Below, in pieces: positions 10,075 through 23,671 of a stretch of DNA of 64,000 nt. This stretch comes from Trichosphaerium sp. ATCC 40318 (Eukaryota > Protista > Tubulinea). Within the stretch, counting starts at the first letter, position 1, and every line of letters begins with the position of its first letter. The position numbers and the translations under genes were made by a program. Below the pieces are notes generated by a model, which saw nothing but the letters and a program-made list of their open reading frames with translations, was not told the DNA's origin and did not search any database. The stretch is from the NCBI GenBank assembly GCA_038496445.1, contig JALMLS010000516.1, positions 310,001 to 374,000 of the forward strand. The letters run 5' to 3'.

Positions 10075-12804
10075 TCAGTTCTTTACCGGTATAGATTGTA
10101 AGGTACTCACCGGCACTGGTACTATGTCACCGTTCCTGCTCACACCGTCAGGAGCGTTAGAACGTGATTTAGCTGACGTTCGGGAAGCTGTAAATATAGC
10201 TTGGCCGATAGGCTGTAAACCAAAACATTGTTAGTACAATTGATTGTTGAAATGTTTGACAGGAAAAAAAATATATATACCTTCCATGATTCTACATGCA
10301 TATTGAGAGCAAAGAAAAAAATGGTGCGGTATAGAATAGGCGATATCCAGTTAAGTACAGCGATAATAAACGGCACTGGTCTCTAATAACTACATCAGAA
10401 CAAATAAAAAGATATAACACTGTTGTTTTGGAGTTGTTTCTTACCAGGATATCTCTACAATTTGGTAATCCTCTAATGTTACAAGCTATCATATCAACAA
10501 CATTCTGTGCTCTACTGTCAATTTCGTAACGGGCTATAATACATGTTAATGACATGAACCATAACGAAGTTTTTGTTGTTATTTTAAGTTAGCTTAAGTT
10601 GTTTCAGCCTTGGATGCTACGTACCGTACCAAAACGATACAAAGAAAGGTATGATTGATAACACATGAACTGCTGATATGATTACTGTTCGATAAAAAAC
10701 AGCTCGTTGTCTCTTATGTTTAAAAACTTTTGCTCTCTTCATTTGCTAAACAAACAAACTATGTCAACAAAAGATACTTATGAAAACAAAATCAACCCTA
10801 AAATAAAAACAAGTGTAAGTATCTTATAACGTACCACAGCTACAAAGTACGATAGTACACTAAGTACTACACATCCAAAAAGCCATAACGCAAATTTAGG
10901 ATAGTAGTAAAGTCCTTCATAATACTGCAAGCTATCTGAACGTGCGAGCAAGTCTGTGTTAACTGTTGGGCTAAAACACAAAGAATATTAGTAACTGGTG
11001 CTTCAAAGTCACGTGATTTTAAACCAAAACTTACTGAGAGTGTAAATAACCGAATCCAAGCTTTCTTGTACTCACTGCTATTACAGGAAAAATCAAGGAT
11101 AAACCGAGACTTGTGCCATGTACTACAACCTTGTGAAGTGTCGTAGACAATGGTTTTAAATAAAAAATGACATATAATAATGCCAGTCCTAACCAAACAA
11201 TATAAAAATCAGCAGCCATAGATGCCCACATATGTACAAAACCTGCACAAAAGGAGTAAGCGATAACAGCAAAAATAAGAAAAAAATCAGAAAATAAAAG
11301 TCGAACCTGAGATAAGAGTGACGGGAGAGTTTCCTTGAGTACGGACTTCAGTATCATCAAAACATGCATAGGTTTTGTAACTACCATAAAAAACAGCTAA
11401 GCACGCTGGAAACATGTGTACAACAGACACTAGGTGAAGACAAGTTAACAGAACTCGTTTCCATTTCAAGAAAATTGAAACAATGAGGTGAACTTAAAGG
11501 GTTGGTTACAAGGAGTTTTGACAAGAACGTACATAGCAAATAAAAGTATTTTAGGTTGTATGGGAAATTGAATATGCCGTCTTTGGATGTAATAACCCAA
11601 GAAAGTAAGGCCACAGTATAAAGAACAAAAGTGAGCCAAGTTATAGTTAATGTAACTATCCATAAGCGCTGTAACCAAGCGTCAGGGTAATAAAAATCAG
11701 GGCAAGGCAACCTATTTATTCGAAAACAATGAGCCAATAGAACAAGAAAAACAACAATAGCAAGGTGAAAAAAAATATAGGATTAAAAAAAATCACTCCA
11801 GTTAACAATTAAAACCCTCGTACCCGCAAGTAGCATCATTAGTTGTAGGTTCTAAAGGCCCAGGACAAAAATTAAGCCTTTGATTACTTATATCATTAAC
11901 GTCAGTGCAGTTAATAGACAACCCAAAATAATTATCATATCCAATAGATGGATACGCTTCTAATCCAAGCACTGCATCTTTAAATGTGCAATTTGGTACA
12001 TTAATACCAGTACGTATCTAACAAGCCAAACATAGATGAGTAACAGAAAACAACAAGCACAAGAAAAGTAAAAACCTACCATCGCTGGTGCATCACCTTT
12101 GCACATTTCATTAGCCATCTCACATTCATTCTTACACACTGGTGTTGCTAATACTCACTTAGTTTGAATACATACACAATTATTTCGGTTTAAAAAACGT
12201 ACAAACAGGTACTGCCAACACACCCACAGTTAAATTGTAGCAAGGCCTATTTGATTTAGTAAGTAAGCAGTCTCGAAACGAAAATTTTTTGGGTTTGCTT
12301 TTTTTTTTATTGCAAAATTCATAATTGTTACCTAAAAAAGTCCTGACAGAAGAGTGACATATAAGCAGTCTTACATCCTCTTGAAGACGCTAATGTGGCT
12401 ATTCTAAAACGAACAATAAGCGTTTAGAGCTTAAATCAATAAATCCATGTTCAAAAGTAATCAAAAATGGGTTTGGAAGCCTATAAGATACTTTCGACGC
12501 TAAGCGTATACGAATTGACGCGTTTTTGTAGTTTTCGCCCAAATAAGTTATGAAATTAAAGTAAAGTCGCTATCGTACGTTTTAATCGCTTCATTGGCTA
12601 GTTTATACTGCGCCACTGGCGTATCAAGGATTTGTAAAAATCCGTTGCCATTTGTAATGTAATCCTCACAAATAGGCACAGATCCGCCTATGTAGGTAGT
12701 ACACGCTATAGTTTAGTTAGTATTTGAGATATAACGCATTTTGTACACTGTGACGCTGTAAACGCTAGTACAGAGGCAAATAATACCGCCAACAAGGTTT
12801 TCAT
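10075..12804 (-). CDS. Frizzled/Smoothened-like 7TM receptor with N-terminal cysteine-rich domain
   Basis: Signal peptide MKTLLAVLFASVLAFTASQ; CRD-like GCKTAYMSLFCQ and PVCKNECEMANEMC; linker CPGPL...LPCPDFYY; multiple TM exons; about 10 introns; architecture like Dictyostelium Fsl receptors. Confidence 0.75.
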
Positions 12805-13283
12805 GGCCTATTTGATAAAAATCTAAATACAACATTTTTATTGGCCAATAATTGTTTTAATAGTTGGTCAAACCTATGTACGGTGCCCTCGCGAGGTGTT
12901 TGATTGACCTATCTCTCTTTGTTCTAAATAGTAACTGTGCAAAGTCAGAACAAAGTCGTCAATTGTATAAGTCCAAAAAAAGAAGTCAAAGTGTTCTGTG
13001 GTTATAGAGACACAATTGTATCACCTCATAAGAGATGCTTGAGTCAGTCGTTTTAGGACCTGCTAGTATTTATTACGACACTTTCAACAACGAAATGCTG
13101 CGTGTAGCACGCGAACAACAAACCAATAGTACTGTTTTGGGTGTTTTGTTCAAACCCACAACCCTCAGCGCAACGCGTACACAGAGATCTAGGAGAGTTA
13201 CAATGGTATTGCTGCAATGGTATATTGTAATGAGTCGAAGATCTAAATTAGGCTGAGACTTGTATCGTTACAACTGCTTTTAT

Positions 13284-14040
13284 TTATTGACACTGCTGAA
13301 AACCAGAGAATGTCCATTGAGGTACACAAAATATACCATCACCGTTATTGTGCTTATAGTGTTTGTATCTCTTCAACTTTTTTACCTCTGATTTTCCCGC
13401 TCCACCAGAAATACAAATAAAGTCATCTTCCCTTCCAAGTGGTCTTACTTCATTGTTTTCATAAACAATACCATAACTGAGACGTTGTTCGCCTGTCATA
13501 TCGTGAACTTCCGCGTTGGAACTTCGTAATATTTCTAAAATAGTTCTCAATGTTCCCGAGTTTGCTCGAGAACCCACGATATAAAACTTTCTTGTGCTGA
13601 TAGGACACTTCTTTATAAACCCAGTAGACTTGCTTTCACGCAAAGAAACTAACCCTGCTCTAATTTTTTGTGATATAAATTCTCTCTTTCTCGTTTGTTG
13701 TGCATCGCTGAGGTTGTTCCAGTTCTTATCTTTGTCAGTGATATAAGCGCAGTAGCAACTTCCGTTACTGTTTGGGCTTATTATACCAACACCATGATCG
13801 ATATCATAAACACCACAAGGTTGTGCTAGGTACGATAAGACAACAGCAAAATGACATTCGAAAAAAAACTTTGGAAAAACAAAATTGACACGTGACTTAC
13901 GTAACGATCTCATAAAAGTCCCACTAGTCCCTTGTACGCCTGCATAACCTCCAACCAATAAAACCTTTGGTTCTGTTCTTACTTCGCTTGTTTTTCTTCC
14001 GTTTATTTGTCTGTTTAACTTCCGTATTCCACTACCCATG
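13284..14040 (-). CDS. Hypothetical basic protein, possible N-myristoylation (MGSG), probably one in-frame intron
   Basis: Long open frame; T-rich GTAAGT...CCTAG segment (about 13828-13900) looks like an intron; no domain recognised. Confidence 0.55.
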
Positions 14041-14526
14041 ATCTCTTTTTTGTTGCTTTCAAAAGTTTCACGAGTTGCTTTCACTTTCTTGTTAATGTTT
14101 TTGATAATGTATTTTAAGTTTTAGCATAACTTGGTTTAGCAAGGTCACTGAATTAGATGCTGCACTACCCGAAGGCTGTAAATATATTCCCGAGCCACTT
14201 AATGTCTCACGTGAACCACTCTGAACAAAAATACCAGTGAAATCTCGTGAAAACTTTATTTCTCATGAACACGGCTAAAACTGCTTTAACAAAACAACCA
14301 GTGCCTTGGTTAAAACATACGCTAATAATGGCCCGAAATAATTACACCAATCGCGCAATTCGTTAAACGAATTTTTGCTTAAGCAATTCTTGTGCTGTTC
14401 ACTTAATAGCAATTATAGGCCGCGCGTTGAAACATCGATGACACGGTTGTATACAGTAACTAAGTAGTACTTTAACAGAAAAAAAATTTGAGTAGTTTCG
14501 TCTTGCGGAGAGACTTCAACAGTTTG

Positions 14527-17500
14527 CTACGCCTTGTTTATCTTGTATGACTTTACATGCCAATCATACGTGTAACTGATGGCATAGTTTGGCTCCTCTA
14601 ATATTTGATTTATCCTCTTCTTTGTATCACCGGGTAAATACTGCACAAGCCATTCAAGAATTGAGTCTTCGGCATCTGTAAAGTCGGAAGAATACCAGTG
14701 AAACAAAGAAGGAAGAGAAACCTAAATAAAAAAAAAACAATTAAAAAATAGATCACGTGATCACAAAAAAAATTGTACAAGGCACAGGCTTGCACGTTTT
14801 AAATTTTCACATACCACATCGCGTCCTGGCAAAACTCGTACATTTGCAGTAGCATAAGATTTTGCAGCTTTTTCGAGTTGCTTTGAAAGTTGTTTGACTT
14901 GGATGATTTGAAGGTTTGGGCCGCTTCTAACGTTGTATTTTGTTATTCTTTTCAATTAGTCAATGCAATGTAATACTTACTTTGTATGAGATGCCAAAAG
15001 GAAATGTACTCGTGGTTCTTTAGCGTCAACGATAAAATCTCGTCTTTTGTCATTTGGTTTGAGAACTCTGCTTATTTCTTTTTCAGATAAAAACCCACCA
15101 CGGATAATGCACATTATTTTATCCTATCCAATCGGTTAAAGTGTTATCAAGTATGCTGGAACCTATACGTACCAATGTATACAAGAGTCCACCAATATCA
15201 TAACCAGCAAGTGCTGAAAAGTATCGCCAATCTAGAACAGTATAATTTTAGTTTCAAGATTTTTCAAAAAGAAAACAATATCTATACCTAGACGACACGA
15301 TGGGTGACCTGAGTATACGTATCTAAAATAGTGAGCTTCGAAAAACAAACAAAAATGTACCCATGCATTACTATGACATTGTAGATATTAATAAAAAACG
15401 CCATTAACTCCGTCTTTGAGAGTACACTTAAATCAATAAGTTGTAATTGCGTTGTACTTTCTAAAGAAAGATTAAGGCTAGCCTTTGAAGCCACGTAATT
15501 ACCTTGAAAACTAGCGAACTCTGCATTAGTACGTATACCAGTATAATTAGGTAGCTCTAGAGAATTTTTAGCGTTTATAGTCGTAACAAAAGGGCACACC
15601 TTGAGGCTCTTGGTATGTACTAAAATGACCAATGAAAATCTTTTTCATTTGTTTTAGTAAATCTACAGCAACAGCACATGGACTCTTTGTTCCTCCACCT
15701 TTGCAAACATTTCTGCAATTTAGAATACCCTGTATTCACGTGAGGACACATAAAAAACAACATTAGTAATACCTGTTTCTTGAGTTTTCTTCCGATTTGA
15801 TAGTAAGTCGATTGAGAAAAGTTCAGGTACGACATCAGTATGTCCTTTCGTACAATGTTAGTTCGCTCCCTTTTTTTTGAAACGTTAAAACAACACTGCG
15901 TACACATTTTTTGTTTGATACAGCGTCTATGGCTTGAGTTACAATACAATTTAGAATAGCAGCCGAGGAAAACTCCTCATCTTTCAGGGTTGCTGAGATT
16001 TTTACTGCTGCTACGAGTTCGTTCAAACAGTTAGCGCTAAAACAGATAAAGTGAGTTCCTAGGAAATCTTTATTGATAGTAGTGCGTACGTAAGGCTTCT
16101 ATCACCTCGTCTCAAAAAGCCTGGTTATAATCAGTATGATAGTTGTGGAAATACCAAAAAAAAAAACAGCACCTATTTCACATGAAGCTTTTGGTGGATG
16201 GTGTTGAATCCTCATACAACGCAATCCTAGTTTGAATGCTGATATACCCGTCCTGTAGTGGTATTTGCCAATATGACTTACAGATCCTAGCCTTATCATA
16301 GTCCTCTGAGAATTAGTCTTAAGCGTTCAGAAAAAATAGTTTCTTAAAAACTGTATCTCAAATTCACTGAGAAAACTTGTAACTGAAGTCAGAGCACTTT
16401 AAAGGATACTGTCATTATAAAATGTCTGTTTGTTAATATCATTGTCCCTCTGTTTGCTTCCATGTCTACGACAGCAGTAGATTGTAGAACTATTATATCA
16501 CTTGAAGGTACAAGCTGACGGTGCTTTGTTTGCATTTGTTTATTTGCAACCCAAATATTTCTAACTTCATCTATGAAAGCTTTTACAAGCTTAACACGAA
16601 TGAAAGTTTGTTTAGACATCTTTGTGAGTCCTCTGAAAATACTAAACAAGTCTTAGTTAAAAAATAAAAATCACGTGATAATCACGTGCTCAGAAGGAAA
16701 AAAAGCAGTAAAATAGTTCAGGTTTTTTGATGTTTGTTCTCGTACCGCTTTGCAGTTGGTACATCAGGAGCTAGTTTCATTGTTATAACAATGTTTGCGA
16801 ATTGGGCAATTGTTAATGTCGTTCGTTTTTCTGACGGTAACGACTCTGATACAAGTTTCTCTAAGTGTCCAAAATCAGGAGCTTCTGGTTGTTCCTTAAA
16901 CAGTTTATTAGATATGTACATATGTTATATAAGTAATGATAAAGTACGTACTATTTTGAATGCTTCAGGATCCAGGCTGACTGATGTTCGGAGTACTGTT
17001 TGGCTTCGTATTCTTGCAACAGAACCAACGGATAACATACTTTCACTTCCGCTATTCATGTTCATTGATTGAAGGCTGAAAGTTCTGGATCTATTTCTTT
17101 GTATCTCTTCTTCTTTCGCAGATACCTTAGCTTCTTCCGCAACAGTCGCCAAGTAAGTATCGATAACCTAAAAAATAAGTACAACCCTTGGTTTTTTTGT
17201 ACGAAAAAATATTTACCATTTTTACAGCATTTCCAATTTGCTGGGCTTCCTTCATCTCTCTGCCTGTCAGATGTGATATGATGCTACTCACGTATTAGGT
17301 TTTAGACATGTGATGAATTTATACCTCTTGACCAGTGGTTCCAGCTTTGCCCGAAGAGTGCGCCGCTTACCGCAAAGTTGCTAGGAAAGAGTCAGCCTTT
17401 AATGAAATCTTTTTTAAAGTCATTGTCACCTGGTAGTGTCTCAAGGCACCCATGAGATCTCCTTTCTTTGCACTATAGAACATTGATAGTTCTATTCTAC

Positions 17501-19651
17501 CATCTATGTAAAAAACAGTGTTAGATTAATCAAGAAAGACGTTAGTAACCTGGTAAAACAATCTCATTTTTTTCTTGTTCAGCGTTCAATGCACTGAAAT
17601 CAAAGCCAGCTGGTTTTAAATCCGTAATAGCCTCTGAAAACTCAATAGGTTCGCTCTTATCAGTGCAAGTAATGAAACTAGATGGCCTAAAAATACGCAC
17701 ATTAGACTCGAACATAAAAAAGGTTATACCTTCGCTCTATACGCTCGAAATTATGTGATTTCTTCCACGTGTCAAAAATACACTTTTTGGATGATTTGAC
17801 TTGATCTACGTAATGATAAAACGCCTGTGTATCAACAAATAGTCCCGCGAGTTCCTCAAAAGAATATTAAAGAAAAATAGCACAACGTTATGTCTGTACC
17901 TGATCGCCTCCTTTTGTTTTGGACCGTACAGTGCCGGTAGCACCAAGAATATCTAGACCTCTTGTAATTTCAGCCATGAATAAAAAGAAAGCTCTTTGGA
18001 TTTTATGCGGTTTTTCAGCTACTTCTTCTTTATCTTGAGGTGGGAACGCCATCTCACAGTATACAACATTAGGTGTCAGAATAGTCCTTGTTTACCTGTC
18101 AGTAATGGAAACACCAAAAAAATAAGATTTACTTGAGTCTATGTCTTAATTTTGCAACAGCTGGAGAATCGAAGTAAGGAGGCTCGAATTCTATTCTGTT
18201 GCGATCCAGATCTACGTATGATATCTGTAATTTATGTTAGACTGGAGGTATACAAGTTAGTTTGCCTGTTCGTAGTTGAGCTTCTTTTTTTTTAGATTTT
18301 GTTTTAGACATCCAAGAATAAAAGGACAAGGTGCTTCAAGAAGATCTATCATAGGAATGATTGGAACATACGTGTGCGCGTATTGAAATGGATGCATGAG
18401 GCTAACATAATGAGCTTAGTTTTTATATTCTTGGTAAAAAAGGTCACCTCACCAGGGCTTCAGCGCACTGTGCTAGCAGAGTTCCTCGCTCTATTAATCA
18501 CGTGCTTAATAAAAAGAGAACTAACAAATGACTTACCTGATGCCAGGACAACACGACGTTCCAAGAGCAAAGCCAAGAACACACCAACTAAATTATCTAC
18601 AGAGAGAACAGTGACTAGAAGTTCTATACTCACCTGTACAACGTGAGTCAAAGAAATAGTTCAACTGTCATTGCTAACGTACATCTAAGTCAATATTTTA
18701 GTAAACGCCTTGAAGCTAAAGGTTTCGTGCCTAACACCGCTATAGTATTATACTGTTCAAGAGGAGGTAGAGCGCATGTTAATATATCATCTGATACATC
18801 TATTGCTGTAGGAAGACTACGCTCAGCCCATTTTGGTGACTTTTCATGCAGAGGTATCCGCAAAATAACGCCTAGTCCATCACGTGGAATAATGACCTCA
18901 TCGCACAGCCACTTTAATCTCTTCTCTATTGGTATCACATGATGCATATGTTCCCACCAAACATGATACATAAGAACCTTTAACGTATCGTATCTAGGTC
19001 TACGAGATGAAGATGAAGGTTAACTACTTTCAATGCTAGTGTGACATGAACTAAAAAAGTGGTCTAACCTGCTTGATAGAAAGCAAATCGCTTCCAAGTG
19101 CCTATTTCCTGTTCTTGTACGCCATGCAAGCGTATGTCCATACTTTCTATGTCCCATCGCTGATGTCAATACAAATTGATGAAACAGGGGTGCAAGAAAC
19201 ATAGCGTTTGTGTTATCATTAGCGTAGGCGTCGTGTGGCATGCAAAACTAGATGAAAATGAACAAAGGTACTAGCGTAAAAAAAAACCAAAAAACACCTA
19301 ATCGATTAGCAATCCCTTCGTTCTTACCAATGTAACACTTTGTATGATACTATTATCTTGGTAAGAGAACGGATAATAATTAACCATCTGGGGACGTCCT
19401 TCGCCACCTAAAACAGCAAGAAACGGTTTGTAACACGTGATAAAAAGTATTAAAAAAATCGATAACACTTATCGGTTTTATTGCGAAAAAATCTACTGAA
19501 TGATCACGGTGTACTCACCTTTAACATAAAAACATACTTCTATGAATGGTTCGGCTATAAGTTCTGTCCCTTTGATTTGAGATGCGCGTTCATTAGTAAG
19601 ATACCTTTGCGAAGGCTTCTTTGATATTGACGCTCTCATAGAGGATGCCAT
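14527..19651 (-). CDS. DENN-domain (Rab GEF) protein with C-terminal DUF547 domain
   Basis: DENN motifs FVLTSAMGHRKYG, LALLLERRVVLAS, LMHPFQYAHTYVPIIP, LLEAPCPFILG, FVDTQAF; DUF547 motifs AFFINIYNVIVMHG, EPRVHFLL, LFHWYSSDF, YTYDW; about 24 introns. Confidence 0.8.
16318..16409 (-). other. U12-type (minor) GT-AG intron in the DENN gene
   Basis: Donor GTATCCTTT after HFIMT; acceptor at 16318 or 16306, both in frame; branch site less clear (TTTTCTGAAC). Confidence 0.7.
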
Positions 19652-19778
19652 CGCGAAACGACCTTGGCACAAAAAGCGAATCTCCACAAAATCTTCAATG
19701 ATGGTCAATACATGATTTATCAATTTGATGACGATACGGCGACTGGCCACTAAGACAGCTAGATAAAACCCTAACTGC

Positions 19779-20303
19779 ATGACTTGCCTGCCTTTTTTAA
19801 ACACGTCTAACGATAACACAAGTCTACAGTGGGCTTGTGTAATATTGCAACAAGAGGACACCACTACATCGTCACAGTGTACTCTGAAGTACTTACAATT
19901 AATACACATGTTGCTTTGTCTATGTAGGTTCACTTTCTTGTCTACTGTAGAAAGCTTGATTAAGGCGTATTCAATAGAATCCGCGCTACCTCCTAAAACG
20001 TAAAAATAATGCACTTTTTTTCCAGTAGTGCCGTAGCCGGAGATGACGCGCACAAGTCGCAACCGTTAAGGAAAATAACAGGACTTGCCTGTTTTGTTAA
20101 CATCAACAAAGAAAGGGTCGACGCCACCAATCATTTCCCTAATATTTGTCAACATCGGTCACAAAGCCCTTTAATTGCTGGAACGTACCCCCTAAAACTC
20201 CCAAATGATGCGCAACACAAGAAGGGAAGCTGTATTTACATTACACCGATATCGCTTGTTTGGGTACAAAACGCACGTTTCTTCACCTTGTAGCCCATCT
20301 ATA
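19779..20303 (+). CDS. Possible small spliced gene, unknown product
   Basis: Short ORFs linked by intron-like GTACTT...TGTAG and GTAAAA...AG segments; no domain recognised. Confidence 0.3.
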
Positions 20304-20335
20304 GGCTTATATCAATATTCAGGCTTCGCTATAAG

Positions 20336-21512
20336 ATGTTAATTTTATTTCTCGCGATGTGTTTAATAGGAGCACAAGCCAGGAGGCGAATATCACGTGA
20401 TAGGAAGAGGTTTAATAAGCGGACTATAGAAAATCACGAAAACAATACTTGTACCCCCGAAACAAAACCAACTATTAATGCAGAGTGTAAAGACGATGTA
20501 TGGCAATTTGATGCTCTTAATGATGTTATTATAACACCTCTTCAAGTTCCTAGTACGTTGTAAGAATAGAATTTGCAAATTTTTTCTTCCAAACAACGAT
20601 AAAAAAAGTTTTCGGACTTTGTCGAACCAGATAAACAGCCTCTTCGCGCCTTGCGTCATTTCTGACATCTTACCTATTTTAGTCGCAAGTTTCTACCTGA
20701 GGTCAGTTCATCAATTGGGTTTTACGACAACTGGGAGCATGAATTTCACAAGCGCTTGTATTGATCTCGTTTTGAGTGGTTCAATTTTAGTACGCACTTA
20801 ATAAACCAACCGTCTTTTTTTGTGCTTTCAATAAACCGCTAATAAAGATTTTTAAGATAGTACTCGAGGAAGTGCCAACAGAGCCTGTGCGTAAGACTTT
20901 TATATCATGGTCAGACTCGAACTGTCCTTCGACAATTGTGCGTTTCAAAAAAAGAAAAAGGGTTATGATTATTAACTAATGATTTAAATAAGGCTCTAGA
21001 ACGTGTTCACGCCCAGTTTTTTGATGATAAGGGCATAGATTGCTACAAACTCGATGCAACATATGAATTGATAGATAGGTCTCTCGTAATAAGTGTGACT
21101 GCTGATGACTCTGGTTGTAATAAAATACCGGTACGTTCATTAAGATATTAGATGCAAAAAAAATAATTGAAAACGAAAAAAAAAAAAAAGCAATTCTCCG
21201 TTGATATCTAACTAATTATTACGCTCTAGCAATATGTTCTATGGATATCTGTTGTAGTTGGTATAATTATCCTTGTTATGATAATAACGGCGTTCATTTT
21301 ACTATGCGATCGTAGAAATCATAGCAGTAATATTAGAGGTAATGTCTTCCGAATAATTACACTTTACTAACCTAATTTTAGGTGCCTTTGTATCCAAAAT
21401 ACAGAACCAACTGTCTACGAGCACAACGACAACAGCCGCTGTAATGACTCAAGATGAAGAATCGAGCGAACGTAAGGGTTCGGGTTTATTAGCATACGAC
21501 TGGCAGTCGTAA
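20336..21512 (+). CDS. Multi-exon type I membrane protein of unknown function
   Basis: Signal peptide MLILFLAMCLIGAQA; Cys-containing ectodomain ending SLVISVTADDSGC; TM helix WISVVVGIIILVMIITAFILLC; juxtamembrane layout resembles 918-2631. Confidence 0.7.
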
Positions 21513-22219
21513 TTCAAAAACAAAAACTGATAAAATTAGGATAGAAAACGACAAAGCACGTGATTGAGTTTACTAAAAAAAAGAAGATTCACGTGTTTTA
21601 TCGCGTGGAATGTACATAACAAAACGAAAATAAAACGGAGATCACTAAGGACCTACAAAAAAAAACTAAAACTGCGTGAAGTTTTTACTACTAGCGCACC
21701 TCCGTCAACAATAGCGAAACCTAAAATTTCTTACATAATAAATGAAAGTCTACACTGCCTTAAACACGTTGCTGCCACGCTCAAAAAAGTGTGAATATAT
21801 TTCCGTTACTTCCCTCAACACTGGCTAGTGCTACAACCACACAAGGCTAGGGCGAGTAGGTATCGTCATAACCTCGTCTACTATGTTCAATGATGAATGA
21901 GCTACCTTTATGTCACACCATTACTGAGGGCACAACTCGACAAGGACAGAATGTAGTGACAAACACAAATAGTGTCCTGATATCCTGACTACAACATTGC
22001 TGTGAATCAACTAGTTGTACCAAGGTTAGTTACATATGTTATCATCGCTCTCGTGATATATTAGAAGTCAGCGATAAAGACTTGCAAACTGCGCCATATA
22101 TTTCGAGAAAAGACGACGAAAAGCAGTTATAATCGCTGTTCTGTATTTAATAAACCATTTCTTGCAACTCTGTCGTTGGTTTTTATTTGCTGGGACTAGC
22201 GCTTTCTTCGAAAGGGTTA

Positions 22220-23279
22220 TCACATGATAACACATCTACTTTTAGTCTTGGCATCATGTTCCAGTATGGTCACAGCAGCAAGTATTGCTTCAGCAAACAC
22301 TACAATATTAAAGAAGTAAGCTGAGTTAACAAGGGAGCATTCTTTTTTTCGTACCTGCTTCCACGCCTTCTCCTGTCATAGAACTACACTCTACATACGA
22401 GTGTGCCTATTTAATAGTAAGCGTCAACAAACATGACATAAATTTGGTTTTCGTACACCAATTTGTTTTGCCATGTCTTGGGCTTCCTGTCTTTTAACAC
22501 AATCAACTGCACTTTCACCATCACTTTGTGATGTTCTCAAATCCATTTTTAAACCAGCAAGTAAAATGGCTGCCTCAGGGCAATACTTCTGCACTTCCTG
22601 TTTCCACTTAAGGCATAAGTGTAAGTGATACTGATAATTGACTTTCAAAACAAACTATGTTGAATCTTCTCGTACTACGGCAGCAACATTGTTGAGACTG
22701 TCTCTTGAAACAACGCTAAAACATGCCAACACAACATTTGTTTGCTATATATCACGTGAGTAAACCTAAATATTCAGGGTACCTTCACTAAAAAGGCACA
22801 AAACACTTCAATCATGAAACGTACTGCATACTTCAATGGTGTCAGTCTATCATAATGGCTTCCATGGATGTTAGCACCATACATATCCCATAGACCTTTA
22901 AAGAAGTTAATCACGAAAACTTGGAAGAAAATAAGAAGAGAGCACTAACCCAAACAATATGTTGTGCCCAAAAACTGTATGTTTGCGCTAACAAAAAAAA
23001 AACAGTTCTTACGAGAACAGATGGCATCAATATCTCAAAACCCTTACCTGTAATTGCCGTATACAGATGGTACTACGCAAAATAAACACTCTCGTGGTAA
23101 AATTTAAAGCGTGCCATAAGTTGGAAGCTTTTTATCGACATGGCGTATAAGTAGGCATGTTTTACCTGAAACAAAGGTTAAACATGCTATTGTATGCTAT
23201 TAGGCGTACCAACTGCGGTATCACCGATTACAAGAAGTTTAATACTTGGTAAGCGTAATGGAGGCTTGTTTTTATGCAT
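22220..23279 (-). CDS. Atypical Rho/Rac-family small GTPase
   Basis: IKLLVIGDTAVGKTCLL, YVPSVYGNYS, GLWDMYG, YDRLTPLKY, AGLKMDLR, YVECSS, CAAX box CVIM. Confidence 0.85.
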
Positions 23280-23671
23280 CAAACGTTAAAACAATTAGCC
23301 TAATAGTGTCAAGTTTAAGTTATGGTTTATCAAATTTATTGACTCAGACACGCTAAAATACGTGTACTTCTTTTTGTCTACTTTGTTTAGGACTTTTCGC
23401 AAGTACTGTACATCAATTGTGAGTCTCAAACAAAGCTATAACTATTGCTTGTTGGTCACATACTAAACCCTTTTCCCCACATAAGAATTAGATCACAATC
23501 TATACTTTCGACCACTGTCTACAGATCTTACACAAACTCAGCTCCCTGAATCATTTACACCCGAGCACAATAGTAGTTTTAACAGGGGCAAGTTTAATAC
23601 AATTACTTCAGCGTTAGGCTGTGTGTACAGCCCGTAGCTGTTTATTTTTTCATCTTTTTAACATTTTTTTT

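Noticed and set aside
10405-10420. ATATCTTTT on the minus strand as a further AT-AC donor in the Fsl gene
   Set aside because: It lies inside a conventional GTAAGA...TTAG intron that already restores the frame
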